This document shows positions 49,733 through 60,019 of a DNA stretch of 64,000 bases, in pieces. Within the stretch, counting starts at the first letter, position 1; each line of letters starts with the position of its first letter. A program made the translations under genes and the position numbers. This stretch comes from Atribacterota bacterium (GTDB lineage Bacteria > Atribacterota > Phoenicimicrobiia > Phoenicimicrobiales > Stramentimicrobiaceae): NCBI GenBank assembly GCA_040767965.1, contig JAXGNR010000006.1:64001-128000 (forward strand). Reading direction: 5' to 3'. Below the pieces are notes generated by a model. That model was not told the DNA's origin, did not search any database, and was given only the letters and a program-made list of their open reading frames with translations.

Positions 49733-50701
49733 ATGAACCTTCAATTTAAGATCTTGATTTTAATTGCATTAATGTTTTCTATACTATATGGAATTATTGC
49801 CGGTGTCGGGGCCTATCTGGGAGCTGGGAGTATTAACACTTATCTTATTATGGCAATTGGGATAACTTTTTTCCAGTATTTAATTGGACCATCACTGGTT
49901 TCCGCTATGATGAAAATAAAATGGGTTAATGAGACAGAGGAACCAGAACTCCATAAAATTGTAGAAGAATTAGCAGATAAAGCAGGCATCCCCAAGCCTA
50001 AAATAGGGATATCACAGATGGCAATCCCTAATGCTTTTGCTTTTGGTCGTACATTAAAAGATAGCAGAGTTTGTATTACCCTGGGAATAAGAAATCTATT
50101 AAATGAAGAAGAGTTAAAAGCAGTTTTAGGACATGAAATAGCACATGTTAAACATCGTGATATGATTTTAATTACTGTATTGTCAGTAATACCCTTAGTT
50201 TTATACTGGATAGCCTGGCGCATGATGTGGGGGAATATGTTTAGAAGAAGGGAAAATGGAGGGGCATCTGCTTTAATTGGCTTAGCTGCATTTGCAATGT
50301 ATTTCATCACTAATTTGCTGGTATTATATGGTTCGAGAATTAGAGAATATTATGCTGATCAGGGAAGTGTACAGCTGGGAAATTCTCCACATCAACTTGC
50401 TTCCGCCCTGTACAAATTAGTTTACAGTTCAGCACATTTTAAAGGTAATAAAAAGGGAGTGCAAGAACTGCGAGAAGTTGAAGGCTTAAGGGCTTTTTTC
50501 CTGAATGATGTAGCTAAGGCTGATCAGGATATCAAGGAACTTAAAGAATTAGATAAAAATCTTAGCGGCTCAATAGAAGAAAAGGAATTAAATGAACTGA
50601 GAGATAAACAAATAGAAATTAGCCAGTCTGAAAAAATTATGGAACTCTTTACTACCCATCCTAATATGCTCAAGAGAATTAAAGCATTGTCTGCTTTATA
50701 G
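49733..50701 (+). CDS. htpX: Zinc metalloprotease HtpX
   Basis: PNAFAFG, GHEIAH, SRIREYYAD, THP..KRI. Confidence 0.9.
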   Translation: MNLQFKILILIALMFSILYGIIAGVGAYLGAGSINTYLIMAIGITFFQYLIGPSLVSAMMKIKWVNETEEPELHKIVEELADKAGIPKPKIGISQMAIPNAFAFGRTLKDSRVCITLGIRNLLNEEELKAVLGHEIAHVKHRDMILITVLSVIPLVLYWIAWRMMWGNMFRRRENGGASALIGLAAFAMYFITNLLVLYGSRIREYYADQGSVQLGNSPHQLASALYKLVYSSAHFKGNKKGVQELREVEGLRAFFLNDVAKADQDIKELKELDKNLSGSIEEKELNELRDKQIEISQSEKIMELFTTHPNMLKRIKALSAL

Positions 50702-50713
50702 TAACTAAAAATA

Positions 50714-50754
50714 AAAAGGCTTTAAATAAAAATTTAACTTATTTAAAGCCTTTT
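50714..50754. terminator. Terminator between convergent htpX and tctA
   Basis: AAAAGGCTTTAAATAA...TTATTTAAAGCCTTTT. Confidence 0.7.
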
Positions 50755-50762
50755 CTTCAAAT

Positions 50763-52295
50763 TTACTTTGATGAGAAAGATTTTTTAAATTTATTGACTA
50801 TTTTCCCACCAATTCCAGTAGTAAATACTAAACTTAAAATTATAACTACAACTAAAACTAGAGATATAGGCCTATCTAAAATTGCTGCTAAATTACCCCT
50901 GGAAAGCAACATTGCTCGCCGGAATTGGACATCAGCCATATTGCCAAGGATAATACCCAATACCAGAGGTGCCAGAGGGTATTCCAGCCAGCGAAAAATA
51001 AATGCCAATATTCCAATTACAATCATAACTTTCATGTCAAAATAACGCAAGTTAGCAGAATAAGCACCTATAACACAAAGAGGTACAATAATAGGCATTA
51101 ATATATCTCTTCGTATTTTTAGTAATGATATTAAAGGTCTTGCTAACAACAATCCAAAGACTAACATCGCTATTGAGGCAAATAACATTAAAATAAAAAC
51201 ATGATATGTAAAACCCGGGAACTCTTGTCTTAATAATGGCCCTGGTCTTACTCCATGAACCTGCATCGCTGCCATTATTAGAGCAGTACCCACACTTCCG
51301 GGAATACCAAGTGTTAAAATTGGTATTAAAGCTCCACCAATACAGGCATTATTTGCAGTTTCAGCAGCAACCACACCTTGATAATTTCCTTTTCCGAATG
51401 TTTCCGGTTCTTTAGAGGCACGTTTGGCCATATCATAGGCAATAAAAGAAGCAGTTGATTCACCCACTCCAGGAACAGCTCCAATAAATACCCCAATTAT
51501 TCCTGAACGGATTCCATTCCCGATATACTTAGTTAATGTGCTTAATTTCGGTATTATTGGTCCAATTTTTTGTGGGATAGAATAAGGGACTTTTTCTTTT
51601 AATACACCTATGATTTCTGAAATCCCAAATACTCCGATAAGCGCAGGAATGCTAAAAATACCGCCTAATAATTGAGAATTACCAAAAGTAAAACGAGGAA
51701 AATTATAAATCGGGTCTAGCCCAATAGTTGAAATAAATAAACCTATAAAACCTGCAATCCATCCTTTTATAGGCTGATCACTACTGCTAAGATTGCCGCA
51801 AATGGTAATCCCAAACACTGCCAGAAAGAAATATTCCCAGGCACCAACTGCTAAGGCAATTTTGTAAACAAGAGGGGTAAAAACAATTAAGGCAATAATA
51901 CCTATCATCATTCCGAAAAAAGATGTTATTGTGCCAACTCCAATTGCCAAACCTCCTTCTCCCTTTTTTGCTAAAGGGAAACCATCAAAAACAGTAGCAG
52001 CTGCCGAAGGAGTACCGGGAATGTTAATCATAATTGAGGCAATACAACCACCATAAATTGCCCCTACATAAATTCCAATTAAAAGAGCTATGGCAGTTGC
52101 AAAACCAAAATTGTAAGTGATTCCAATTAATAACGCCAAGGTCATAGTTGCTGTCATGCCTGGAATAGCACCCACTATGAGACCTATTAATGTTCCGCCC
52201 AATACAACTAAAATAATCCGAAAAGATATTTCTGCGGAAAACACCTGGACAAACAGAGCAATTTCTTCACCAATATTTTGAATTATAGATTCCAT
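50763..52295 (-). CDS. Tripartite tricarboxylate transporter large subunit (TctA)
   Basis: GAIPG, NIPGTPSAAAT..DG.P, AETANNA, LGIPGS; ATG at 52295. Confidence 0.9.
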   Translation of the reverse strand: MESIIQNIGEEIALFVQVFSAEISFRIILVVLGGTLIGLIVGAIPGMTATMTLALLIGITYNFGFATAIALLIGIYVGAIYGGCIASIMINIPGTPSAAATVFDGFPLAKKGEGGLAIGVGTITSFFGMMIGIIALIVFTPLVYKIALAVGAWEYFFLAVFGITICGNLSSSDQPIKGWIAGFIGLFISTIGLDPIYNFPRFTFGNSQLLGGIFSIPALIGVFGISEIIGVLKEKVPYSIPQKIGPIIPKLSTLTKYIGNGIRSGIIGVFIGAVPGVGESTASFIAYDMAKRASKEPETFGKGNYQGVVAAETANNACIGGALIPILTLGIPGSVGTALIMAAMQVHGVRPGPLLRQEFPGFTYHVFILMLFASIAMLVFGLLLARPLISLLKIRRDILMPIIVPLCVIGAYSANLRYFDMKVMIVIGILAFIFRWLEYPLAPLVLGIILGNMADVQFRRAMLLSRGNLAAILDRPISLVLVVVIILSLVFTTGIGGKIVNKFKKSFSSK

Positions 52296-52320
52296 AAGAA
52301 TTAAATCACCCCTTCCGTAT

Positions 52321-52845
52321 TTATGGTAATGGAATATTAAATAATTTGTCGAAAATAAAAGAAATTGCAAATGAAGTACCGATAGAAATAATGAACAAAT
52401 TTAAGATTTTTACTTTTAGATAAAACATAATTGCAAATAAAAATATAAAAGTTGCTAAAGTAAAATGCATATGCTGTACAAAAAGAAAACCATAGATAAT
52501 TATCATACTGGTTATTATCAATATTCTTTTTAATATGGAAAAATCAACTATATCAGAAGCATGTTTAAAAAATTTTGAAATTTCCAGTATTGCCCCTCTT
52601 TTGATAGAATCAATTAAGAGAAGTATTCCGCATATGCCTATACTAGCTGTTACAACCATTGGAAATACGCCTGGTGCATCCAAAATATTATTATATACTC
52701 TCATATTTGAGGCAACTAAAAACAAAAAAGTGCAAACTCCTATTAAGAATATTGAAGAAATAAAATCTTTTGCGCTTATTTCCAATTCTCTATTTTTTTG
52801 ATCTTCAGTAATTTTTTCTTCCAAGTTAAGTCCCTCCATAATCAA
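52321..52845 (-). CDS. Tripartite tricarboxylate transporter small subunit (TctB)
   Basis: PGVFP motif, 4-5 TM helices, C-terminal 'F..LFNIPLP'. Confidence 0.82.
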   Translation of the reverse strand: MIMEGLNLEEKITEDQKNRELEISAKDFISSIFLIGVCTFLFLVASNMRVYNNILDAPGVFPMVVTASIGICGILLLIDSIKRGAILEISKFFKHASDIVDFSILKRILIITSMIIIYGFLFVQHMHFTLATFIFLFAIMFYLKVKILNLFIISIGTSFAISFIFDKLFNIPLP

Positions 52846-52879
52846 TTCTTTTCGCTATCTAAAATATTTTAATACTTTA

Positions 52880-52910
52880 AAAAGGGACCTATTAAACAAT
52901 AGGTCCCTTT
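52880..52910. terminator. Stem-loop after the tctC-like gene
   Basis: AAAAGGGACCTATT-AAAC-AATAGGTCCCTTT. Confidence 0.7.
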
Positions 52911-52941
52911 GATTATGAAATCAGTTCAGGGCAATCCTATT

Positions 52942-54030
52942 TTATTTTTCACCCTTCATCGGATATTGACTTGTGTCCCATCCTTCTGGAGGCCAGGTCC
53001 AATCTTCAGGACGAGGAATTCCGTATTCTGCTGGTGATACATCAATTTCCCCTGCTTCATATAATAGCCATGCCCAGTTTGATCTGGCAATAGACTGTAA
53101 TCTGTCAGCTTCTTCTCCAACAATGCCTGAAACCTGCAGTCCAACAGCTTCAGCTGCTTTCTGTACTGAAGGTTGTTCACAGGCATAAATGAATGCCTCT
53201 CTTATTTTATCTCTAATTTCTACAGGAATATCTCTTTTAACAAATATTGGCCAAGCTTTAATCAAATCATCTAAATAAGCTGCTTCAGAGCGAACTTGCC
53301 CTGCTGTTGGGGCAACATAAGGTTCGCCATTAGCAGGATGTACTTCAAGCCCTTCTTTTACTCCAAAGACTGTCAGTACTTTTAAATCACCTGATTCAAT
53401 AAATTCCCAGCCAGCTGATAAAGTAATAGGGGCAAATTTTACTTCCCCTCTTAAGACCGCCACAGCTGTAGGATGACAGCCACCATGGGGAACCCAGGTT
53501 CTATCTTTTGCACCAACACGTTTTGCGAATTCTTCTAAGTATATTTGAGTAGAAGTACCTACACCGGTTACTCCTATAATTGTTTCTTCATTTTGCATAT
53601 ATTCAATAAGATCTTCAATATCTTCAAACTCTGAATCACTGCGGACTACAACTCCATCAGGTCCATTCATGGTAAAGAGAGTTTCCCATTCTTCCCAGGT
53701 TGTATCTACAAGTCCTAATAATTGATGGGTAACAGCAACAGAGCTATTACCAGTTGCAAACCACCAATAACCATCAGCAGGGCGTTCTAAAACATATTCA
53801 CAGGCAACGGCACTTGAGGCGCCGTCCATGTTTACTACAGTTATTGGTCTTTCTAAATACTTTTCCATTTCTGCTATAAATGGTCTAACAGCAGTATCAG
53901 TACCTCCACCGGCAGCAAAGCCTACTACGCAGGTAGGTGAACGTTCTGGCCAATCAGCAGCCAGTACAACACTAGTAGCTAATAAAGATACAATTAATGT
54001 AATTATCATTATTAATGATAATTTTTTCAT
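52942..54030 (-). CDS. Tripartite tricarboxylate transporter substrate-binding protein (TctC)
   Basis: Signal peptide, WPER, GFAAGGGTD, N..GA, PADGY. Confidence 0.88.
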   Translation of the reverse strand: MKKLSLIMIITLIVSLLATSVVLAADWPERSPTCVVGFAAGGGTDTAVRPFIAEMEKYLERPITVVNMDGASSAVACEYVLERPADGYWWFATGNSSVAVTHQLLGLVDTTWEEWETLFTMNGPDGVVVRSDSEFEDIEDLIEYMQNEETIIGVTGVGTSTQIYLEEFAKRVGAKDRTWVPHGGCHPTAVAVLRGEVKFAPITLSAGWEFIESGDLKVLTVFGVKEGLEVHPANGEPYVAPTAGQVRSEAAYLDDLIKAWPIFVKRDIPVEIRDKIREAFIYACEQPSVQKAAEAVGLQVSGIVGEEADRLQSIARSNWAWLLYEAGEIDVSPAEYGIPRPEDWTWPPEGWDTSQYPMKGEK

Positions 54031-54426
54031 AAAAATTTACCTCCAAATTTAATATTGTTTTAAAATATTTTTTGTGCTAAATTATCACCTCCAATTATTT
54101 TATTTACCCAATAACCCTATCAACAAATATTTATATATAAAAACAAAGGGTTATTTAAGTACATTTAAAATTAATTAAGAATGTTTTATTTAACATCTTT
54201 ATTTGGGAAATGAAAAATAATTTAATGATTTGCAGTTTATGAAGAATTATAAGCAAGTAGTTGTTTTTTGTTGTTATATTATTCAAGAAATTTTGATTTT
54301 TAAAATACATTTAGCTCTCAATACCCTTGTGTAATTATTTATTTGATAAATGAAAGACTATTCAAAAAGTATCATATTACAAAAATTTTGTCAACTTAAG
54401 TATTCAGAAAAGAAGCCATATATCTA

Positions 54427-55416
54427 TCAGAAATTAAACACTTTCAATGCGGCAAAACTAACACTTGTCACAATAATTGTACCAATTATTCCTATTAGCA
54501 GTGGTTTAAATCCCAGTTTTTTAATGTAAGCAAAATCTGTTCCAAACCCTATACCTACCATACCCATCAAAATTAGAAATTTACCTATCTTCCCAAAGGC
54601 AGATATTCCTTCCGGAGTAAAAAAATCATTAGCTGCAAAAAAAGCCATTACTAAATAACCAAATAAAAACCAAGGGAAAGCACTTATAATAGCCTTTTTA
54701 CTTATCTGGTTTCTACCTGTTTCTTTTGTTTGAAAATTAAAAGAAATTAAAGCAGCTAATACAATCATAAACATATTTCTGGTAAATTTTACTATGGTTG
54801 CAATTTGACCTGCCCTTTCGCCATATATGTAACCAGTGCCAATAGTTTGGGGTGTATTATGCACAGCAGTCCCTGCCCAAACTCCAAAGAAAGTTTCATT
54901 AAGTCCTAATAATCTCCCAAGAAGTGGCATTGTTATTAATAAAAGAAAGGCAGATATAACTATAACACTAACAGCATAGCAGGTCTCCTCTTCTTTTGCT
55001 CTTATTAATGGAGATGTAATAGCAATAGCACTTCCTCCACAGATTGTAGTGCCTACTGCTAGCAACGTACTTAGCTTATCAGATAAACCAGCTTTTTTCG
55101 CTAACAGATATATTGAAAAAAATCCTACTATCATAGTTATTATTATAACCAGCAAGCTTAAAGGGATTTCCTGGGCAATTGTTAATGAAAACCCTGCCCC
55201 TAAAAAAATAATACCCCACATTAAAGGTGTTTCAAATTTTTTTAATACAAATAACCAGCTTTGCGGAAAAAGACCGACATTTCTAATTATCGCACCCAGA
55301 ATAATACCAATCATCATAGCTTCTACAGGATTAGTTCCTGCTATCACAATAATAGAAGATAGCCATCTTGAAATTATAGCTATTATGGCCATTACAATCC
55401 ATCCAATTATTAACAT
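54427..55416 (-). CDS. YeiH / putative sulfate exporter family membrane protein
   Basis: GTTICGGSAI, G.WAGTAVH, A.IVKFTR. Confidence 0.85.
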   Translation of the reverse strand: MLIIGWIVMAIIAIISRWLSSIIVIAGTNPVEAMMIGIILGAIIRNVGLFPQSWLFVLKKFETPLMWGIIFLGAGFSLTIAQEIPLSLLVIIITMIVGFFSIYLLAKKAGLSDKLSTLLAVGTTICGGSAIAITSPLIRAKEEETCYAVSVIVISAFLLLITMPLLGRLLGLNETFFGVWAGTAVHNTPQTIGTGYIYGERAGQIATIVKFTRNMFMIVLAALISFNFQTKETGRNQISKKAIISAFPWFLFGYLVMAFFAANDFFTPEGISAFGKIGKFLILMGMVGIGFGTDFAYIKKLGFKPLLIGIIGTIIVTSVSFAALKVFNF

Positions 55417-55490
55417 AATTTCTCCTTTATTATTGTTTTATTTTATAAATATAAAAATAAATAAAAAATTTATTTGAGATATTTATAATT

Positions 55491-56735
55491 TTACTGTGTC
55501 AAAACTTTTCTTATATCAGATTCAATATGGGCTAAATCACTTGTAGTTGCTTTATAATTATAAGAAGTAGAAAAGACACTTAAATCTTTTAATCCGGTAC
55601 CGGTTAAAAGTAAGACAACTGAGGCTTCTTTTTCAATCAATTGACTCTCTCTCAATTTTTTGACTGCATAGAGAGAGGTTGCTGTAGCAGGTTCAACAAA
55701 ATAACCGCCTTCCCCAAATTTCTGTTGCGCTACTATAATTTCCTCTTCAGTTACACTTTCTGCTAACCATTTGTATTGTTTTGTTTTTTGGATAATTTCA
55801 TCCCCACCCATAGGATTCCCGGAGGTAATTGCTTCAGCAATAGTATGGAAGTTTGAAAAAGGAATTATATGGCCTTTGTTTTGTTTAATTGCAGAAACTA
55901 TGGGGCTGTTATTCTCTGCTTGTACTACAATCATTCTGGGTAATTTTTTTATTAATCCGGCTTCAAATAATTCTCTATAACCCTTAAAAATACCTCTGAT
56001 ATGACCGCAAGCAGAAGTAGGAACCGCAATGTAGTCCGGTACTTGGTTTTGCAGCTGCTCAAACATCTCAAAAGCAGTTACTTTATACCCTTCAGTCCTA
56101 ATTGGACCATTACCGGAAACAATCCTCAACTTAACTTTTTTGGCCAGATTAAGTACAAATTTTTTCATTTCTGAATAATCATCAGCTCTGACCTTAAAAA
56201 CATTTGCACCATGAAAAAGCATGGGATAGATTTTCTCATCAGGAGTAAATTCTGGAACAAACACAATAACCTTTATTCCTGCTTTTGCACCATATGCAGC
56301 TATAGAATGGCCCATATTGCCAGAAGAAATGGTAGCAGTAAATTTTTCTCCCATTTTTTTAGCCATATACAAAGTAGTTAGAGATCCTCTGTCTTTAAAA
56401 CTCCAGGTAGGATTTTGGGTTTCATTTTTTAAGAATAAATTTTTTATTCCGGTAAATTCTTGTAATTTTTGATTGGCTATCAATAGGCTTGTATTTCCTT
56501 CACCCAAGTTCAATGTTTCATCTTTTTCTGAGAAAAGAAGAAAATCAGAAAATCTTTGCCAGATGGTTTCACCTTCTTTAATTTTAGCTTTTTTAATATC
56601 AGGTAATAATACTTCTAATGATTCTCCTTCATCTGTAAACTCTTCGATATAATCCAAGGGAAATATTTTGTTTGTTAAAGTAGAAATCAATACTGGTTGT
56701 TTCAAATAGATATCATCTTTATTGTTAAAATCCAA
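55491..56735 (-). CDS. thrC: Threonine synthase
   Basis: LGEGNT, NPTWSFKDRG, SSGN, LTGTGLK. Confidence 0.88.
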   Translation of the reverse strand: MDFNNKDDIYLKQPVLISTLTNKIFPLDYIEEFTDEGESLEVLLPDIKKAKIKEGETIWQRFSDFLLFSEKDETLNLGEGNTSLLIANQKLQEFTGIKNLFLKNETQNPTWSFKDRGSLTTLYMAKKMGEKFTATISSGNMGHSIAAYGAKAGIKVIVFVPEFTPDEKIYPMLFHGANVFKVRADDYSEMKKFVLNLAKKVKLRIVSGNGPIRTEGYKVTAFEMFEQLQNQVPDYIAVPTSACGHIRGIFKGYRELFEAGLIKKLPRMIVVQAENNSPIVSAIKQNKGHIIPFSNFHTIAEAITSGNPMGGDEIIQKTKQYKWLAESVTEEEIIVAQQKFGEGGYFVEPATATSLYAVKKLRESQLIEKEASVVLLLTGTGLKDLSVFSTSYNYKATTSDLAHIESDIRKVLTQ

Positions 56736-56764
56736 TATGAGCCTTCTTTCTGTTTAATAACTGT

Positions 56765-57766
56765 TTATTGTACAAGCAATTCTGCAATCTGAACTGCATT
56801 TAAGGCTGCCCCTTTTCTTAAATTATCCGCAACAACCCATATTGCTAATCCTGGATTGAAAACAAGGTCTTTTCTTATTCTGCCAACAAATACTTCATCT
56901 CTTCCTTCTGCATATAAAGAAAGCGGATAGCAATTATGTTCAGGGTCATCTATAACCTCAATGCCTGGGAAATTATTTAATAAACCCCTTGCTTCGCTTG
57001 GTTCAATTTCCTTTTCTGTTTCAATATGTATATCTTCAGCATGTGCTCTAAAAACAGGCACTCTGGCAGTTGTAGCAGAAACGTTAATATGATCTGCATG
57101 AAGAATTTTTCTTGTTTCATTGAGCATCTTTAATTCTTCAGTTGTATATCCATTTTTTTCAAAAGAACCAATATGTGGCAATACATTAAAGGCTATCTGA
57201 TGCGGATATTCTTTTATTACTAATTCTTTTCCTTGAGAAAAAGCTTCGGTTTGATTTTTTAATTCTAAAATAGCTTCTTTCCCAGTTCCAGAAACTGACT
57301 GATAAGTAGAACAGATTACTTTTTTAATACCTACTGCATCATAAATGGGTTTTAAAGCCACAACCATTTGAATGGTTGAACAGTTAGGATTAGCAATTAT
57401 CCCCTGATGCTTAAATACATCTTCTGGATTTACTTCTGGCACAACCAAGGGCACATTTGGATCCATTCGATAATATTTTCCATTATCAATTACCACACAG
57501 CCTGCTTGCACAGCTAAAGGAGCGAAGTGTTTACTTACTTCATCCCCACCTGAGAAAAGTGCAATATCAATGCCTTGAAAAGAATTGTCTTTTAATTCTT
57601 TCACAACAATTTTTTCATCTTTAAAAAAATATTCTTTTCCAGCAGAGCGATAAGAAGCAAAAAGGTTAATTTCATTTATTGGGAAATTTCTTTCCTCTAA
57701 AATACTGGCCATTTCTTCTCCAACAGCACCAGTTGCTCCCACAACTGCTATATTAAATCTTTTCAT
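56765..57766 (-). CDS. asd: Aspartate-semialdehyde dehydrogenase
   Basis: GATGAVG, NPNCSTIQ, YQSVSG, DNLRKGAALNAVQIAE. Confidence 0.96.
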   Translation of the reverse strand: MKRFNIAVVGATGAVGEEMASILEERNFPINEINLFASYRSAGKEYFFKDEKIVVKELKDNSFQGIDIALFSGGDEVSKHFAPLAVQAGCVVIDNGKYYRMDPNVPLVVPEVNPEDVFKHQGIIANPNCSTIQMVVALKPIYDAVGIKKVICSTYQSVSGTGKEAILELKNQTEAFSQGKELVIKEYPHQIAFNVLPHIGSFEKNGYTTEELKMLNETRKILHADHINVSATTARVPVFRAHAEDIHIETEKEIEPSEARGLLNNFPGIEVIDDPEHNCYPLSLYAEGRDEVFVGRIRKDLVFNPGLAIWVVADNLRKGAALNAVQIAELLVQ

Positions 57767-58256
57767 CCTCTAACCCCTCCTTTTCTAAATTAAATTCTTT
57801 ATGAACTGCATTTACAGCTTGAGCAATATTTCTTTGATGAATAAGACAGGATATTCTAGTTCCAGATGTACTTATCATATCTATATTAATATTATTACGG
57901 GCTAGAGCTTCAAACATACGGGCAGCAATCAAAGGGTCTGATGTAATTCCGGCACCAATAATAGATATTTTAGCTACTTCTTTATCTGATAATACTTCTG
58001 GAGATTTAAGTTCCTCTGCTACCTGTTTTGAGATGGTAATTGCTTTTTCCAAATCTTCAGAGGTTACTGTAAAAGCAATGTCATTAACTTTATTGTGTTC
58101 AGCACTCTGAATAATCATATCAACAACAATATTTTCACTAGCTAGAGCTTTAAACAGTTTAGCAGCAACTCCGGGAATATCCGGGACATTTTTTATAACT
58201 ATTTTCCCCACATCTATTTCATGGGTAACTGCTCTAACATGTACTTTTTCTAACAT
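57753..58256 (-). CDS. Internal in-frame aspartokinase beta subunit
   Basis: GGGAGGAG followed by ATACCA and an in-frame ATG at 58256 (MLEKVHVRAV), at the start of the ACT domains. Confidence 0.7.
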   Translation of the reverse strand: MLEKVHVRAVTHEIDVGKIVIKNVPDIPGVAAKLFKALASENIVVDMIIQSAEHNKVNDIAFTVTSEDLEKAITISKQVAEELKSPEVLSDKEVAKISIIGAGITSDPLIAARMFEALARNNINIDMISTSGTRISCLIHQRNIAQAVNAVHKEFNLEKEGLEDEKI

Positions 58257-59915
58257 TGGTATCTCCTCCCTTGTTTGTACTATAGTACCGTTACCATTAT
58301 CAAAGCTTGATTTTACTAAAATGTCAACTCCATAATTTCTAGCAATATCAATTGCACGGTGATATAACACTTTGGCTCCCAAAATAGCCATTTCTGACAT
58401 TTCATCATGGGATATTTTTTTAATTTTGCGAGCTTCAGGAACCAAAACAGGGTCAGCAGTAAAAACACCGTCGACATCTGTATAAATCTCACATCGAACA
58501 GCATGCATTCTGGCTGCCAGGGCAATAGCTGTAGTATCAGAACCTCCTCTTCCTAAAGTTGTAATATTGCCCTGTTCGTCAACTCCTTGAAACCCGGCAA
58601 CGATAACTATTTTTCCTTGGTTTAAGGCTTCTTTTGTTCGATAGTGGTTAATACTGTTAATTCTTGCTTTGGTATATGAATTATTAGTAATAATTCCAGC
58701 CTGGCCACCTGTAAAAGAGATGGCTTGTTCCCCTAATGCCTGAATCGCCATTGCGACCAGGGCAATAGAAATTTGTTCCCCGGTAGAAAGCAGCATATCC
58801 ATTTCTCTTTTTCCAGGATTAGCTAGAATTTCGTTAGATTTTTTAATTAAATCATCTGTAGTATCACCCATTGCTGAAACAACAACAATCATCTGATTAC
58901 CTTTTCTAGCCTGCTCAACTACTTTTTGGGCAATCTTTTTTATTTTATCAGTATCAGAGATGGAACTACCGCCATATTTCTGGACAATAATTGAATTGAT
59001 TTTACTACTATCTTCAATTTTAGCACCATCTGTATCCGGGTCCAATATTTTTATTTGACTTTTCACTTCAGCTTGAGAAAAAGTCTTGCGCATAATTTTT
59101 ATAATTTCGTTTTCAGCACCTTCTTTTACTAATGATATAATTGTTGGTCCGGATCCACTTAAGGCAACTCCGGCAATACCGGTTTTTTGCACTTCAGAAA
59201 ATATATTTTTTGCTCCCTTGATAAAAGGCATTCGAAAAGGCTGATGAAGGCGGTCCTGCATTGCCTCAGGAATAAGGTCCCATTTTGATTGCTGCAAGGC
59301 ATTTACCAATAATGCAGATTTGCTTAAATTATCCACAGCATCTTGCAAAGATACCTGTTTAGGTAAAACTTTACGCATCTCTGCTGTACTCAATGTAAAA
59401 GAAGGTATACCAACAACTGCCCTCAAGTCATGAGGAATATCCAATTTTACCCATTTTATTTTATCATTACTATCTTTATAGGATATTGTAAATCCTCCAA
59501 TTAAAGCTGGAACAATATTATCGAGATGGTTTTCCAGCAGATAAGCCAATTGCAGGATTTCTTCTTTGCTTAAATTAATATCAAATAATCTACTGGCACC
59601 TAATATCCCTCCAATAATGGCTGACGCACTACTTCCTAAACCTCTGGCAATGGGTATTTCGTTTTTGATTGAAATTTTAATACCATTTTCAGCAGGATTT
59701 AAGCCGGCTTTTTCCATTGCCAGACAAGCAGCTTTATATATTAGATTGTCCTTTCCTTTAGAAATTATATCTGATCCTTCACCTTCAGCTTTAAAAACAA
59801 GTCCTTTCTTAATTTTTTCCATTTTAATGTCCAGGTATAAAGATAAAGCCATACCTAAACAATCAAAACCTGACCCTAAATTAGCAGTAGTGGCAGGTAC
59901 TCTTACTTTAATCAT
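57753..59915 (-). CDS. Homoserine kinase - aspartate kinase fusion (ThrB-LysC)
   Basis: N-terminal VPATTANLGSGFDC, IPIARGLGSS, LSGSGPT; then VQKYGGSS, VVSAMG, TTLGRGGSD, TDVDGV and two ACT domains in one frame. Confidence 0.9.
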   Translation of the reverse strand: MIKVRVPATTANLGSGFDCLGMALSLYLDIKMEKIKKGLVFKAEGEGSDIISKGKDNLIYKAACLAMEKAGLNPAENGIKISIKNEIPIARGLGSSASAIIGGILGASRLFDINLSKEEILQLAYLLENHLDNIVPALIGGFTISYKDSNDKIKWVKLDIPHDLRAVVGIPSFTLSTAEMRKVLPKQVSLQDAVDNLSKSALLVNALQQSKWDLIPEAMQDRLHQPFRMPFIKGAKNIFSEVQKTGIAGVALSGSGPTIISLVKEGAENEIIKIMRKTFSQAEVKSQIKILDPDTDGAKIEDSSKINSIIVQKYGGSSISDTDKIKKIAQKVVEQARKGNQMIVVVSAMGDTTDDLIKKSNEILANPGKREMDMLLSTGEQISIALVAMAIQALGEQAISFTGGQAGIITNNSYTKARINSINHYRTKEALNQGKIVIVAGFQGVDEQGNITTLGRGGSDTTAIALAARMHAVRCEIYTDVDGVFTADPVLVPEARKIKKISHDEMSEMAILGAKVLYHRAIDIARNYGVDILVKSSFDNGNGTIVQTREEIPMLEKVHVRAVTHEIDVGKIVIKNVPDIPGVAAKLFKALASENIVVDMIIQSAEHNKVNDIAFTVTSEDLEKAITISKQVAEELKSPEVLSDKEVAKISIIGAGITSDPLIAARMFEALARNNINIDMISTSGTRISCLIHQRNIAQAVNAVHKEFNLEKEGLEDEKI

Positions 59916-60019
59916 TTTAATGCTCCTTATCTGTAAAAAATGTCAGTAAAAATAATCCTTTTTTTCAAGACTGAGTTTATTTTATTGAATAATTATAAAA
60001 ATAAAAGTTTAACAAGTTT

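Noticed and set aside
54083-54092. Orphan GGAGGTGA SD upstream of tctC
   Set aside because: No start codon or ORF at suitable spacing; at most a remnant.
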